From Collinsella sp. (GTDB taxonomy: Bacteria; Actinomycetota; Coriobacteriia; Coriobacteriales; Coriobacteriaceae), in contig DBGAQS010000008.1 of the NCBI GenBank assembly GCA_048434495.1, forward strand, positions 68,836 to 132,835: 64,000 nt of DNA, given 5' to 3'. Positions 1 through 10,100 of this stretch are shown one piece after another; positions within the stretch are counted from its first letter, which is position 1, and every line of letters starts with the position of its first letter. Under the pieces are notes generated by a model that worked only from the letters and a program-made list of their open reading frames with translations, was not told where the DNA came from and made no database searches. The position numbers and the translations under genes are program-made.

Positions 1-2092
1 AGCCGTTGCAGGGACCGATTAGGCACACAGCGAGCACACCCAGCAGCGGCACCCAAATGGCCAGCCCGCGCCACGAATGACGACGTAGCAGATAGACCAC
101 CACGGCGATCATGATCCACACATAGGTGGCCGAGCTCATGGTGAGCGAGATAAACGGGATGCGTTGTACTGCCACGCGATACAGGTTGATCAGGTGGTCG
201 CACCAGCGCACAACCTTGCTATCGACCGGATGGAAGTCAAAGTACTTGAGGTTATCGGGCTTCGCCATAATCTCGGCACTGCGCGCCGTGCTGTAGACCC
301 ACGCATCGCGGGCACTCGGATAAAAGTAGCCGTAGTAGTTATTGATGAGCGCCGAGATGTAGCACTCGGGATCCTTTTTGAACATCTGCGCCCAGACCTC
401 AAAATAGGCCTTGATGTCCTCCTGCGAGGCGTACTCGTTAAAGCAATTTTTGACGGCGTCCGACTTATCCGGGTTGTAGCGGCGGCCCAGATTGTCGTAC
501 TTGAGCACACGGTCGATCACGGCACGCTCATCGTCGGTCACCAAGCCGTCGCAAGGAGCCTCCACGATAGTGCCGTCCTCCTTAACCGTAGGGTTGACAC
601 CCGAGTTGAGGCCGTCGTGCTTTTGGACGAAACGAGCCGTCTGCTGGAACGGAATCGAGAGGATTTCGCGCTTGGAACCAGGCGTAATGTCGTGCGCCGG
701 CATAAACACCTTGGTGAAGTACATATTAGAGGCAAGGCAGAGTCCAAGCACCGCAAGAACTCCCACCCAGCGGAAACGCGAGATGGCGCCCGAAGGCGCA
801 GCACCGGCCTGCTTGACTGCACGACGAGCCACATGCGCGTCCCATGCGCAAAACGCCGCCGCGATTACGCATGCCGCCAGGGGAAACACCAGGCCGCCGT
901 TGCGCAGAAACGTGGAACCCATGGCACCCAGAGCGAGCAGCAGCCAGTCATGGCGCGCAAAGAGCACGGGCCTCTGTTCGCCCGCACGCTCGGCATTGGC
1001 ATCGCGACGGGGCAGGCCGCAGGCCACGAGCTTCACGGTCTGCACCAACAGCACCAAAAACGCGTCGGCAAACAGCACATCTTTGGTAAGCAGGGCCGCG
1101 TAGTTGGAGAACATGGGCATAAACACAAAGAACAGCAAGATCACGCCGCGGATCGGCAAGCTCACGCCCAGCTTGCGCAGCGACGAGATGGAATAGGCCA
1201 TGCAGGCGGCCGTAATGACGAACTGAGCGCAGGTGTAGATGGCAAGACCTGCGTTGGCACTGTTGAACAGTGAAAGCCCCAGCTGGACGCACGAACCGAT
1301 GATAGCCGTGTGCACCACGGGGTGATGTCCGTTGAGCAACACATTGGGATTGAGCAGACGCAGGTAGTCACTCGTGCCGTTGGGGTAGTTGAACCACTGG
1401 CGAATCTGCGCACCCGTATCTCCCATAAAAAGGCCGGGCAGCGAAGCGATGAGCGTGGGCGCCCAGGCGATCATAAGCACCAGGAAGGGCCCGGCAAAGG
1501 GATGGACCGAGAGCACGGCGTGAGCCACACGCCATACGCGGCCAAAGTGCGCTTCGGAAAACGGAATGCGCCGAGAGCTCAGCCAATCCAGGCACTCAAA
1601 AGCCAGATAGAAGGCCACGATCGCTAGGAGCATCCAGCCCGCGCCGCCAATCCAGGCGCAGATGATGCGGGCCTTGTCGCCAAGAACAATCTCGGCCGAG
1701 TCGATAAGGTCGTAGCTGCGGCCGAACACCATGCAGATGGCGAAAAACAGCGACGGCAGAATAATCGATGGGCGCCAGGTGTCGCCACGGCCAAAGAACA
1801 CGTAGCGAAACGGCAGCGTGAGCAGGCAGGCAAGCGCAAGCAGCATGACCGCGTCGGTATGGCCGGCAAACGAGAGAAGCACCTCGTAGCACACGTACAG
1901 CATGCCCGAGGCTTTGGGGTCAATCGCCAAGACTGCGTTGCTCGAGACCGGCGCGGGATCGATGGAAAACGCCGTGGTCGCCAACAGCGCGAGCAAAAAT
2001 GCGATGAGCGTCTGCTTGGCGGGGTAGCGCTTAAACCAGACGATGCGGGCAGCGTCGCGCGCAGCCGTTGTGGAGAGGTCGGAATCCTTCAC
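1..2092 (-). CDS. DUF6020-like multi-pass membrane protein (putative GT-C glycosyltransferase-like); runs off the window start
   Basis: Hand-translated minus frame from GTG at 2092 (VKDSDLSTTAARD...). Hydrophobic segments, motifs PGLFMGDT, NGHHPVVHT and VCLIGPCNG at the edge. Absent from the ORF track because its stop lies outside the window. I read parts of the frame, not every codon. Confidence 0.7.
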   Translation of the reverse strand, partial: MKDSDLSTTAARDAARIVWFKRYPAKQTLIAFLLALLATTAFSIDPAPVSSNAVLAIDPKASGMLYVCYEVLLSFAGHTDAVMLLALACLLTLPFRYVFFGRGDTWRPSIILPSLFFAICMVFGRSYDLIDSAEIVLGDKARIICAWIGGAGWMLLAIVAFYLAFECLDWLSSRRIPFSEAHFGRVWRVAHAVLSVHPFAGPFLVLMIAWAPTLIASLPGLFMGDTGAQIRQWFNYPNGTSDYLRLLNPNVLLNGHHPVVHTAIIGSCVQLGLSLFNSANAGLAIYTCAQFVITAACMAYSISSLRKLGVSLPIRGVILLFFVFMPMFSNYAALLTKDVLFADAFLVLLVQTVKLVACGLPRRDANAERAGEQRPVLFARHDWLLLALGAMGSTFLRNGGLVFPLAACVIAAAFCAWDAHVARRAVKQAGAAPSGAISRFRWVGVLAVLGLCLASNMYFTKVFMPAHDITPGSKREILSIPFQQTARFVQKHDGLNSGVNPTVKEDGTIVEAPCDGLVTDDERAVIDRVLKYDNLGRRYNPDKSDAVKNCFNEYASQEDIKAYFEVWAQMFKKDPECYISALINNYYGYFYPSARDAWVYSTARSAEIMAKPDNLKYFDFHPVDSKVVRWCDHLINLYRVAVQRIPFISLTMSSATYVWIMIAVVVYLLRRHSWRGLAIWVPLLGVLAVCLIGPCNG

Positions 2093-2111
2093 AGTCCGAA
2101 AGCCTTTCTAG

Positions 2112-2228
2112 AAACCTGCCAAAAAGGGACAGGTTTATTTTGGCAGGTTTTATCTGGGGAAACGTTACGGTTTTGTCATCGTTGCCCAGCGAACCACCAC
2201 AAAGGTATCTGTCCCCTTTATGGTGGTT
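2112..2228. repeat. Pair of oppositely oriented REP-like palindromes (GGGACAG/CTGTCCC core family)
   Basis: aaacctgccaaaaagggacaggtttattttggcaggttt (2112-2150) and aaccaccacaaaggtatctgtcccctttatggtggtt (2192-2228); relatives occur elsewhere in the window. Confidence 0.75.
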
Positions 2229-3048
2229 AGGCGTCCAGGTAGATGCGCTGGGGGCGATTGCGGCGTCGGGCGAAGATGATGAGCGCCAGACCGGCGATCA
2301 CAAGCGGTAAGCTCAGCAGCTGGCCCATGGTGATGACGCCGCCAAGCAGATAGCCCAGCTGGGCATCGGGCACGCGCACAAACTCAATCAAAAAGCGAAC
2401 GATGCCGTAGCCCATCACAAAGACGCCCATAAACGTACCCTGGGGCAGCAGCGGTTTTTTGCGACTGAGCACCTGCAGGATGCAAAAGAGCACAATGCCC
2501 TCTAGAAACGCCTCGTAGAGCTGGGAGGGATGGCGCGGCATATCGCCCGCGGTGCCGCCAAAGACCACACCCCAGGGCAGATCGGTCGGCTTACCCCACA
2601 GCTCGCCGTTGACAAAGTTGGCACAGCGCCCCAGGCACAAGGCCAGTGGCGCGCCAATGACGGCAAGATCGGCCAAAGTCCACGCATCGAGCTTATACAT
2701 GCGGCACACGATGATGCCGCCCAAGATGCCGCCGACTAGGCCACCGTGGAAGCTCATGCCGCCCTCGTTGGTGGCAAAGATCTCGAGCGGGTGGGTCCAA
2801 TAGTAGCCATCGCCGTAAAAGACGACGTAAAACAGGCGCGCGCCGATGATGAGGCCAAAGACCGCGCCGACCACGACGCTCGTCAGGTCATCAATCGTAA
2901 TGTTGAAGCCCCAACGACGCTGCGTGCGGTACATAACGACCGCCGTGAGCAGAGCACCGACCACGTAGGCCAGGCCGTACCAGTAGATGGTGATGGGGCC
3001 CGCCGAGATCGCGACGGGATCAAGCATATGGTAGAGGTCGTTGAGCAT
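2227..3048 (-). CDS. lgt: Prolipoprotein diacylglyceryl transferase
   Basis: WYGLAY, GGMSFHGG, LGRCANFVNGELWG and HPSQLYEA motifs; start placed at MLNDLY after a G-rich RBS. Confidence 0.95.
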   Translation of the reverse strand: MLNDLYHMLDPVAISAGPITIYWYGLAYVVGALLTAVVMYRTQRRWGFNITIDDLTSVVVGAVFGLIIGARLFYVVFYGDGYYWTHPLEIFATNEGGMSFHGGLVGGILGGIIVCRMYKLDAWTLADLAVIGAPLALCLGRCANFVNGELWGKPTDLPWGVVFGGTAGDMPRHPSQLYEAFLEGIVLFCILQVLSRKKPLLPQGTFMGVFVMGYGIVRFLIEFVRVPDAQLGYLLGGVITMGQLLSLPLVIAGLALIIFARRRNRPQRIYLDA

Positions 3049-3157
3049 ATCGATCCCCCTGCTCCCTACATACAAATGCGGCCGCGGGCCTTACGCTCGC
3101 AGCCGCATATTTGGGCGTAACGTCTATGCGAAGCGTACCGTCCGCAGCTTTCGCATC

Positions 3158-3436
3158 TTAGAACGGCGCGTACTCGTCGTACAGGTCGTCGGTCTCGCCG
3201 GAGGCATTAACCTGCTCGACACGGGTAACGCCGGGCACATGCTCCTTGAGGATACGCTCGATACCCATGGACAGGGTCAGCGCGCTCATAGGGCAGCCGG
3301 CGCAGGCACCCTGCAGCTCCAGTTTGACGACGCCCTCGTCGTCAACACCCACATACTCCATATCGCCGCCGTCGGCCTGCAGGTTGGGGCGAATCTCTTC
3401 AAGAACCTTCTTAAGCAGCTCTTCGTTAACAGCCAC
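3158..3436 (-). CDS. NifU-like (NfuA C-terminal) Fe-S carrier domain protein
   Basis: IRPNLQADGGD and GACAGCP (CxxC). Confidence 0.9.
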   Translation of the reverse strand: MAVNEELLKKVLEEIRPNLQADGGDMEYVGVDDEGVVKLELQGACAGCPMSALTLSMGIERILKEHVPGVTRVEQVNASGETDDLYDEYAPF

Positions 3437-3608
3437 AGGGGCTCCTTTCTCACAATAACGCGGGCACGCCCGCGGACAGGGGCTATGTTACTACAGCCAT
3501 GTACCCGCTCACGAGCCATCCATGCGCGCGGACACGACTTTCACGAGCAGTCAATTTGGGACGGGGATCTTTTAGCTGCCTGTTGTTACCAGCTGGCATT
3601 GTCACGCG

Positions 3609-4133
3609 CTACTGCTGAGCCTGCCCCTCGGTACCGATGTGAACATCGACGATAACCTGGCGGTAGCTAATACCGCAGGAGTCGAGAATGCGGCGGCTGA
3701 TGCGGCCGTCGTCGGTGTCGGCGTACTTGTTGTCCAGGTAGACAACCTCGCCCACACCCACCTGCGCCAAAATCTTGGCGCAGTCGTGGCACGGGAACAG
3801 CGTGACGTAGACCGTGGAACCCTCGAGGTCCTTGAGCGAGCCACGGTAGTTGAGCACGGCGTTGGCCTCGGCATGGACCACGTAGTTGTGCTTGTCCTGC
3901 AGCGGGTCGTCGCTCGTACCCCACGGGAAAAAGTCGTCGTTGAGCGCCGAGGGCGTACCGTTGTAGCCCACCGAAAGGATACGGTGGTTGGTGCTGGCGA
4001 TGCACGCACCCACCTGCGTGTTGGGGTCCTTGCTGCGGCGCTGTGCGGCGATGGCCACGCTCATAAAGAACTCGTCCCAGCTAATGACGTCCAGGCGCTT
4101 GCCTGACGAAGTTTGATGAAGATCGTCCGACAT
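3609..4133 (-). CDS. dCMP deaminase family protein
   Basis: SWDEFFM, RSKDPNTQVGAC, HAEANA and PCHDC zinc motifs; GGAGG RBS before MSDDLH. Confidence 0.92.
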   Translation of the reverse strand: MSDDLHQTSSGKRLDVISWDEFFMSVAIAAQRRSKDPNTQVGACIASTNHRILSVGYNGTPSALNDDFFPWGTSDDPLQDKHNYVVHAEANAVLNYRGSLKDLEGSTVYVTLFPCHDCAKILAQVGVGEVVYLDNKYADTDDGRISRRILDSCGISYRQVIVDVHIGTEGQAQQ

Positions 4134-4218
4134 GGCAGACACCTCCGTAATCGCAATAGTTTGACCCATTGTAGCAGGTGAAAGGTGGGGGGCGTTTGTC
4201 CCACCGGCGCCCTCACTT

Positions 4219-5070
4219 TTACACGCGGCGGGGCTTTTGGTTGATGCGGTAGAGCTCGGCGAGTCCTCGCAACGTCAGCGCGTCGTCTACCGTCAGGCTG
4301 TGGCCGACCAGCGACGCGAGCGCCTCGGCATCGTCGCCGGTAATGACGATGGGCACGTCGCCCTCCCCCGCGGCCTTGGTCGCGCGCATCTCGGCGAGCA
4401 CCATGTCGAGCATGCCGTCGATGCGGGCCACCTCGCCCAGAACCACGCCCGAACGCATGGCCTCGCGCGTGTTGCGGCCGATCACATGCGTGGGTGCCGA
4501 GGGCTCGACCTGCGGCAGACGCGCCGCAGCAGCCGAAAGCGAGCGGGCGCCAAGCGCCAGACCCGGCGCGATGACGCCGCCCACAAAGGTGCCGCGCGCG
4601 TCGATGACCTCGATATTGGTCGTGGTACCCAAGTCGATCACGATGCACGGAGAGCCGTAGACGGCACGGGCCGCCACGGCGTCGGCAATGCGGTCGGGGC
4701 CGATCTCGGCCGGGTCGTCGTAGCGGACGGGCATGCCGGTCTTGAGGCCCGGCCCCACGGTGAGCACGCGCCCCGTGCAGGTGCGAAAAAGTGCCGCCTT
4801 CCACGGACGCTCGAGCGCCGGCACCACGCAACTCAGGACTGCAGCTGCGGGAACGAGCGCGCCGGGCATGCCCGCATCGGCCGCCAGCGCGGCCATGACT
4901 TGAGCGAGACGCATACGCGCTTCGTCGGCCGTAATGCTCGACGGCGTCGTGATCTCGCACGTCGCAAGCGGGCATTCCTGTGCCGCGGCCGAATCCTCGG
5001 CAAACAGGCCAAAGCGAATGAACGTGTTGCCCACGTCGACCGTCAATATATATGCGCACCCATTAAGCAT
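4219..5070 (-). CDS. coaX: Type III pantothenate kinase
   Basis: VDVGNT, IGPDR, IDLGTTT and GGVIAPG motifs. Confidence 0.92.
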   Translation of the reverse strand: MLNGCAYILTVDVGNTFIRFGLFAEDSAAAQECPLATCEITTPSSITADEARMRLAQVMAALAADAGMPGALVPAAAVLSCVVPALERPWKAALFRTCTGRVLTVGPGLKTGMPVRYDDPAEIGPDRIADAVAARAVYGSPCIVIDLGTTTNIEVIDARGTFVGGVIAPGLALGARSLSAAAARLPQVEPSAPTHVIGRNTREAMRSGVVLGEVARIDGMLDMVLAEMRATKAAGEGDVPIVITGDDAEALASLVGHSLTVDDALTLRGLAELYRINQKPRRV

Positions 5071-5146
5071 CGTCGGCACTCCTTTCGTCTGTCCAGCAGT
5101 ATATCGCCTACCTAAACCAGTCATCCCAAAATGACTAGCTTGCGGC

Positions 5147-5262
5147 TATACTGGTGCGCGGTCGTTTGCGAGCTCACGCGGCGGCCCTTGGTAACCCGAC
5201 TTCCCGCGCCGTATCCGTAACGGCGCTCCCGGGGGAAGCGGATATACGCAAAGGAGTTTTAT
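5147..5262 (+). promoter_or_regulatory. Structured 5' leader of the OPT transporter (candidate cis-regulatory RNA)
   Basis: -10-like TATACT at 5147-5152; nested stems CTTCCC/GGGAAG and GCGCCGT/ACGGCGC; the loop TATCCG is complementary to CGGATA just before the RBS AAGGAG. Confidence 0.4.
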
Positions 5263-6966
5263 ATGAGCAATCCCTCGAGCCGCGCTTCGATGCGCGGGCA
5301 ACTCACGCTGCGCGGCGTCGTCATCGGCGTCCTTGGCTGCGTGATCATCACGGCAAGCTCGGCCTACACCGCCCTCAAGATGGGCGCACTCCCCTGGCCA
5401 ATCGTCTTCGCTGCCGTCATCTCGCTGTTCTTCCTTAAGCTCATGGGCAACGCCAGCCTCAACGAGGCAAACGTCACCCACACCATCATGTCCGCAGGCG
5501 CCATGGTCGCCGGCGGTCTGGCGTTTACCATCCCGGGCGCCTGGATGCTGGGCTATGCCAACCAGATCAGCTGGCTCGACATGTTTATCGTGGCACTCGC
5601 CGGCACTATCCTGGGCCTGTTGGCCACGGCACTCATCCACCGCCACTTTATCGTAGACGCCGCGTTGGAGTTCCCCACCGGCAACGCCGCGGCTCAGACC
5701 CTGCGTGCGACCGAGGCCGGCGGCAAGACCGGCAAGCAGCTCTTTGGCTCCATGGCCATCGCCGGCATCTACAGCGTGCTGCGCGACGCCCTGGGCGTGG
5801 TACCCAGCATGCTGTGCACGCTCAATATCCCCGGCGTGACCTTTGCCATCTACAACTCGCCCATGTTGCTCTCCGTCGGCTTCCTCGTGGGCTTCGCCCC
5901 CGTCGCGTTCTGGTTTGCCGGCGCGCTGCTGGGCAATTTTGGCATCATCGTCGGCGGCACCGCTGCCGGTCTGTTTGACGTTATGACCGCGCAGGGCATT
6001 GTTAAGTCCCTGGGTATGGGCCTCATGATGGGCTTTGGCGTCGCCGTCGTCCTTAAGGACATCCTGCCGCAGGTCGCCGGTATCGTCCGTGGCCTCGCCG
6101 CCGACAGCTCCACCGACACCGACGAGCAGTCGCTCATCTCGGGCTCCCTTAAGCTCGACGCCGGTATCATCGGCCTGGGCGCTGCCGCCATCGCCGTGAT
6201 CATCGCCATCGTGCTCGACCTTGGCCCCGTTCCGGCCGTCATCGTCACGCTGTTCACCTTTGTCACCACCATCATGAGCGCGCAGAGCTGCGGCCAGACG
6301 GGCATCGACCCCATGGAGATCTTCGGCCTCATCGTCATGCTCATCGTTGCCGCCTTCGCGCAGCTCGCTCAGGTCAAGCTGTTCTTTATCGCCGGCATCG
6401 TGGCCGTAGCGTGCGGCCTTGCGGGCGACGTCATGAACGACTTTAAGGCCGGCGCCGTGCTGGGCACCAACCCGCGTGCGCAGTGGGTCGGCCAGGCCAT
6501 TGGCGGCATCGTGGGCGCCCTGGTCGCCGCTGCCGTCATGGTCGCGCTCGTCACCGCCTATGGTCCGGACGCCTTTGGCCCCGACAAGAGCTTTGTGGCC
6601 GCGCAGGCAAGTGTGGTCGCCACCATGGTCTCGGGCATCCCGAGCGTGCCGTGGTTTGCGGGCGGCTTTATCGCCGGCATCGTCATGTACTGGCTCGGCA
6701 TTCCGGCCATGATGATCGGCCTGGGCGTGTACCTGCCGTTCTACATGTCACTCACGGCATTCCTGGGCTCCTGCGTCAAGCTCGCCTACGACAAGTGGTC
6801 CGCCCACCGCGACGCCACCGCTGGTCTTTCTGACGAGGAGAGGGCTGCCAAGGACGCCGCCTTCCAGGAACAGGGCCTGGTTGTCGCCAGCGGCCTGCTC
6901 GGCGGCGAGTCCATCGTCGGCGTTATCCTGGCGTTTGTCTCCGTGGGTCTGAGCCTGCTGGGCTAA
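5263..6966 (+). CDS. OPT/YSL family oligopeptide transporter
   Basis: QLTLRGVVIG, YTALKMG, LEFPTG, DFKAG and SGLLGGES motifs; many TM helices. Confidence 0.9.
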   Translation: MSNPSSRASMRGQLTLRGVVIGVLGCVIITASSAYTALKMGALPWPIVFAAVISLFFLKLMGNASLNEANVTHTIMSAGAMVAGGLAFTIPGAWMLGYANQISWLDMFIVALAGTILGLLATALIHRHFIVDAALEFPTGNAAAQTLRATEAGGKTGKQLFGSMAIAGIYSVLRDALGVVPSMLCTLNIPGVTFAIYNSPMLLSVGFLVGFAPVAFWFAGALLGNFGIIVGGTAAGLFDVMTAQGIVKSLGMGLMMGFGVAVVLKDILPQVAGIVRGLAADSSTDTDEQSLISGSLKLDAGIIGLGAAAIAVIIAIVLDLGPVPAVIVTLFTFVTTIMSAQSCGQTGIDPMEIFGLIVMLIVAAFAQLAQVKLFFIAGIVAVACGLAGDVMNDFKAGAVLGTNPRAQWVGQAIGGIVGALVAAAVMVALVTAYGPDAFGPDKSFVAAQASVVATMVSGIPSVPWFAGGFIAGIVMYWLGIPAMMIGLGVYLPFYMSLTAFLGSCVKLAYDKWSAHRDATAGLSDEERAAKDAAFQEQGLVVASGLLGGESIVGVILAFVSVGLSLLG

Positions 6967-7007
6967 GTCGAGCAGCTGCTCGACAGCAACCATATTGCCT
7001 ACGATTT

Positions 7008-7100
7008 GCCCGGTCGGTAGCTTTCGCGGCTACCGACCGGGCTTTTTGATATCGAAACAAAGAAAGGCCGGCGCGCTGCGTTTAACAGCGCGCCGGCCTT
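7008..7100. terminator. Two intrinsic terminators for convergent genes
   Basis: gcccggtcggtag...ctaccgaccgggc+ttttt (+ strand) and A-rich tract + aaggccggcgcgctg...cagcgcgccggcctt (- strand). Confidence 0.8.
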
Positions 7101-7167
7101 ATCGGTTAAGCTATCGAAGCGTTCCTGCTATGAACCGAAGTTCGTTGCAGAATCTACGCTCGAAACG

Positions 7168-10100
7168 CTACATTTGCTTGCGACGACGATCGCTCAGCGT
7201 CACACCAGCGGCCACGAGGGTGATACCGCCGATGACGAACACCTCGCCCGCAAGAGCGGAGTCATCGCCAGTCTGGGCGAGCGCGGCCGACGTGGCCTTC
7301 TTCTTGGCGACAGGAGCCTTTGCAGCAGCCTGTGCAACCTGAGGCTTGGCCTGCGGCTCAGCCTTGGGATGATACTTGTCGTACTCGGCCTGCGCGGCAG
7401 CCAGGGCATCCTTGGCATCGCCAAGCTCAGCCAGCGCGGCGGCATAGGCGTCGTTGGCATCGGACAGCTTGGCATCGGCATCGCCCAGAGCAGCCTTGAG
7501 ACCAGCGGCGGCATCGACGGCAGCCTTATAGCGAGCGTAGGCAGCGTTCAGCTTGACCAGCTTCTCGTTGCCCGTCGTGCCCGCGGCAAGGGATGCCTTG
7601 TGGTCGACAGCCTCAAGATCGGCCTTGAGTGCCTCATCGCTGGCAAGCTCGGCCTTGGCCTTGACGATCTCGAAATTCGCATCGACGACGGCTTCGTTGG
7701 CGGCCTCGAGCTGCTTCTGGGCATCGGCGACACCGGCGACGGCAGCGTCATAGGCGGCCTTGGCGTCGTCGACCGCCTTCTGGGCGCCGGCAAAGCGCTC
7801 GAAGGCCTTGTTCGCGGTAGCCAGCTCACCCTCAGCAGCCTTGGCCTTGGCCTGCGCATCGGACACAGCCTGCGTCTTGGCGGCAACTGCCTGCTTGGCG
7901 TCCGAAAGAGCAGTCGCGGCCTGGACATCTGCGGCCTGGGCCTTGTCTACACCAGTCTGGGCGGCATCGTCGGCCTTCTTGGCATCGCCAAGCGAGCCCT
8001 GCTTATTCGCAAGGTCCGCCTGGGCGGCATCGCGCTTGGCGGCAAGGTCCTTGACCGAAGCGGTAGCGTTGCCATACGCCTCATTGGCCTGTTCGGACTT
8101 TGCCTTGGCGGCATCGCGGGCGCTGCGAGCCTTCGCCTTGTGAGCAGCGGCCTCGGCTGCCTTCGTCTTGCTGTCAGCAAGCGTGGCGTTTGCCTTATCG
8201 AGAGCTGCCTGGGCAGTAGCGGCCTCGCCCTTGGCGGCATCGAGGTTCTGCTTGAGTGACTCGATGTCGATTCCGCCGAGTGCGTCCTTCGCGGCGTCGT
8301 ATGCCGTCTTCGCAGCGGCGGTACCGGACTTAGCCTTCTCGTACTCACCCTTTGCGGTGTTCACGTTCGTGTCGGCCGCGGTATAGGCGTCGCGTGCGGA
8401 ATCCTGCTTATTTACCGCTGCGAAGTAAGCTTCCTTGGTAGTACCGAAGGTTTTCTGCGCTTCCGCCAGCTTATTCTGAAGCTGCTTCAGCTGCTCTTTC
8501 TGCTCCTGCGTGCCGCCTGCGTTGTATGCGGAATCGATGTAGTCGTTCAGGAGCTTCTTGAACTCGGAGACAGTGAAATCAGCCTCACTGTCAAAAGAGC
8601 TGTAATCGAAGATTGTTACCTCGGAATCGGTGTTCTTACCGCTACCAGTCGCGATGCCGATAGCCTTCGTGCCGGCATCGATGATGTTGAGATAGTGCCC
8701 GCACTCATGGTAGATGCTGCTGTAGTGCTGGTAGATATAGTAGGAATCATATCGATGGTTCCCAAGGTCACTATTCTTCTCGACGTACTTATCGAATGCC
8801 TCTTTTTCCTGAGTGTAGAGACCGGTATATGGCCAGCCAAGCGTATCCTCGGTCTCGCCGCCGGTATATGCACCGCCGCCGCCGGCAAGATTTTCTCCAT
8901 TGTCCCAGTAGCAGCCCGAGTGTCCCCAGATGTTCGATGAATATGATACATTAAGGGCGGCTGCCGCAGTCATGCGGAGGCTGACGCTGAGCGCCGACTG
9001 ACCGTTCGCCTTGCGGAGGTTGTTCTGGGTGTCGAGGTATGTCAAGGCGTTGCGCATCTGCTCCAGGGAGAGCGGGTTGGTGTCGCGAGACATGTCATGA
9101 TCGACGTACTGGTCATACCATTCGGCCTTGTCAGCGGCACCGGTCAGCATCGATACGGCTTCCTGGGCGTTCTTTTTCTGCGTGGCTGTGAACTGGCTGC
9201 CGCTGATGATGTAGTTCATGAAGCCGAGCATGCCCTGGCTGATTACATTCTGGTCTACGGTCATGTTCGACTTGAGGTCGGCAATCTGCTGGTTAAGCTT
9301 CTCGACCTCGGCGTTCGCGGCATCGTAAGCGTTCTCGGCGGTAGTGGATTCAGCGCATGCCGTCTCCCACTCGCTACGCTTCTGGTTGCGGGCCTCGACG
9401 AGTCGGTCGTACTCCGCCTTCTTGTCGGCCTCGGTCTGCTGGGCCTGCTCGTATGCCGTCTTCGCGGCGTCACGCTTACTGGCCGCGTCCTTGTACTCCT
9501 TGTTTGCCGCATCGTATGCAGACTGGGCAGATGCCACAGCAGCGTTGGCGGCGTTGGCCTTCTCCTGCGCGGCGGTGACGGTAGTCTGCGCAGCCTGCAG
9601 GTTCGCCTGTGCGGTGGCGTCTGCAGTCGTCGCGGCTTCGAGCGCGTCCTGCGCGGTCTTGAGCTCACCAGCAGCAGCGATCTTGGCGGCCTCAAGCGCG
9701 CTCAGGTCAACACCCGTACCCGAGACGGCAGCATCGAGCGCGGCCTGCGCCTGGTTGAACTTCTGCTGGGCGTTATCGCGCGCGGTGGTTGCGACTGCGA
9801 GAGCAGCGGCAGTCTCCTGCTTCTTGGCCTGGGCAGTCGTCAAAGCTGCCTCGGTATTCTGCTTATCCTGCTGGGCGCTGGCCTCGGCAGCCTTGGCCTG
9901 GTCCAGATTGTCCTGTGCAGTAGTAACGGCCTTATTGGCGTCATCGAGCTTTGCCTGCGCGTCCTCGACGGCCTTCTTGGCGGCCGCGTACTCGTCCATA
10001 CCCATGGCCTCGAGCTTGGCCTGGGCATCATCGAGGGCCTTCTTGGCCTCATCCTGCTTTGCCTTGGCGTCCTTGAGCGCCTGGGTCTTATCCTCGACAC

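Noticed and set aside
164..1273. 369-aa plus-strand ORF and other long antisense ORFs (e.g. 13859-16147, 9097-10473, 39481-40920, 36661-38052)
   Set aside because: They are shadows of real genes on the opposite strand in high-GC DNA and have no recognisable motifs.
5219..5228. SAH riboswitch (AACGGCGCTC)
   Set aside because: The complementary upstream GAGCGCTGC element is missing; kept only as a generic structured-leader candidate.
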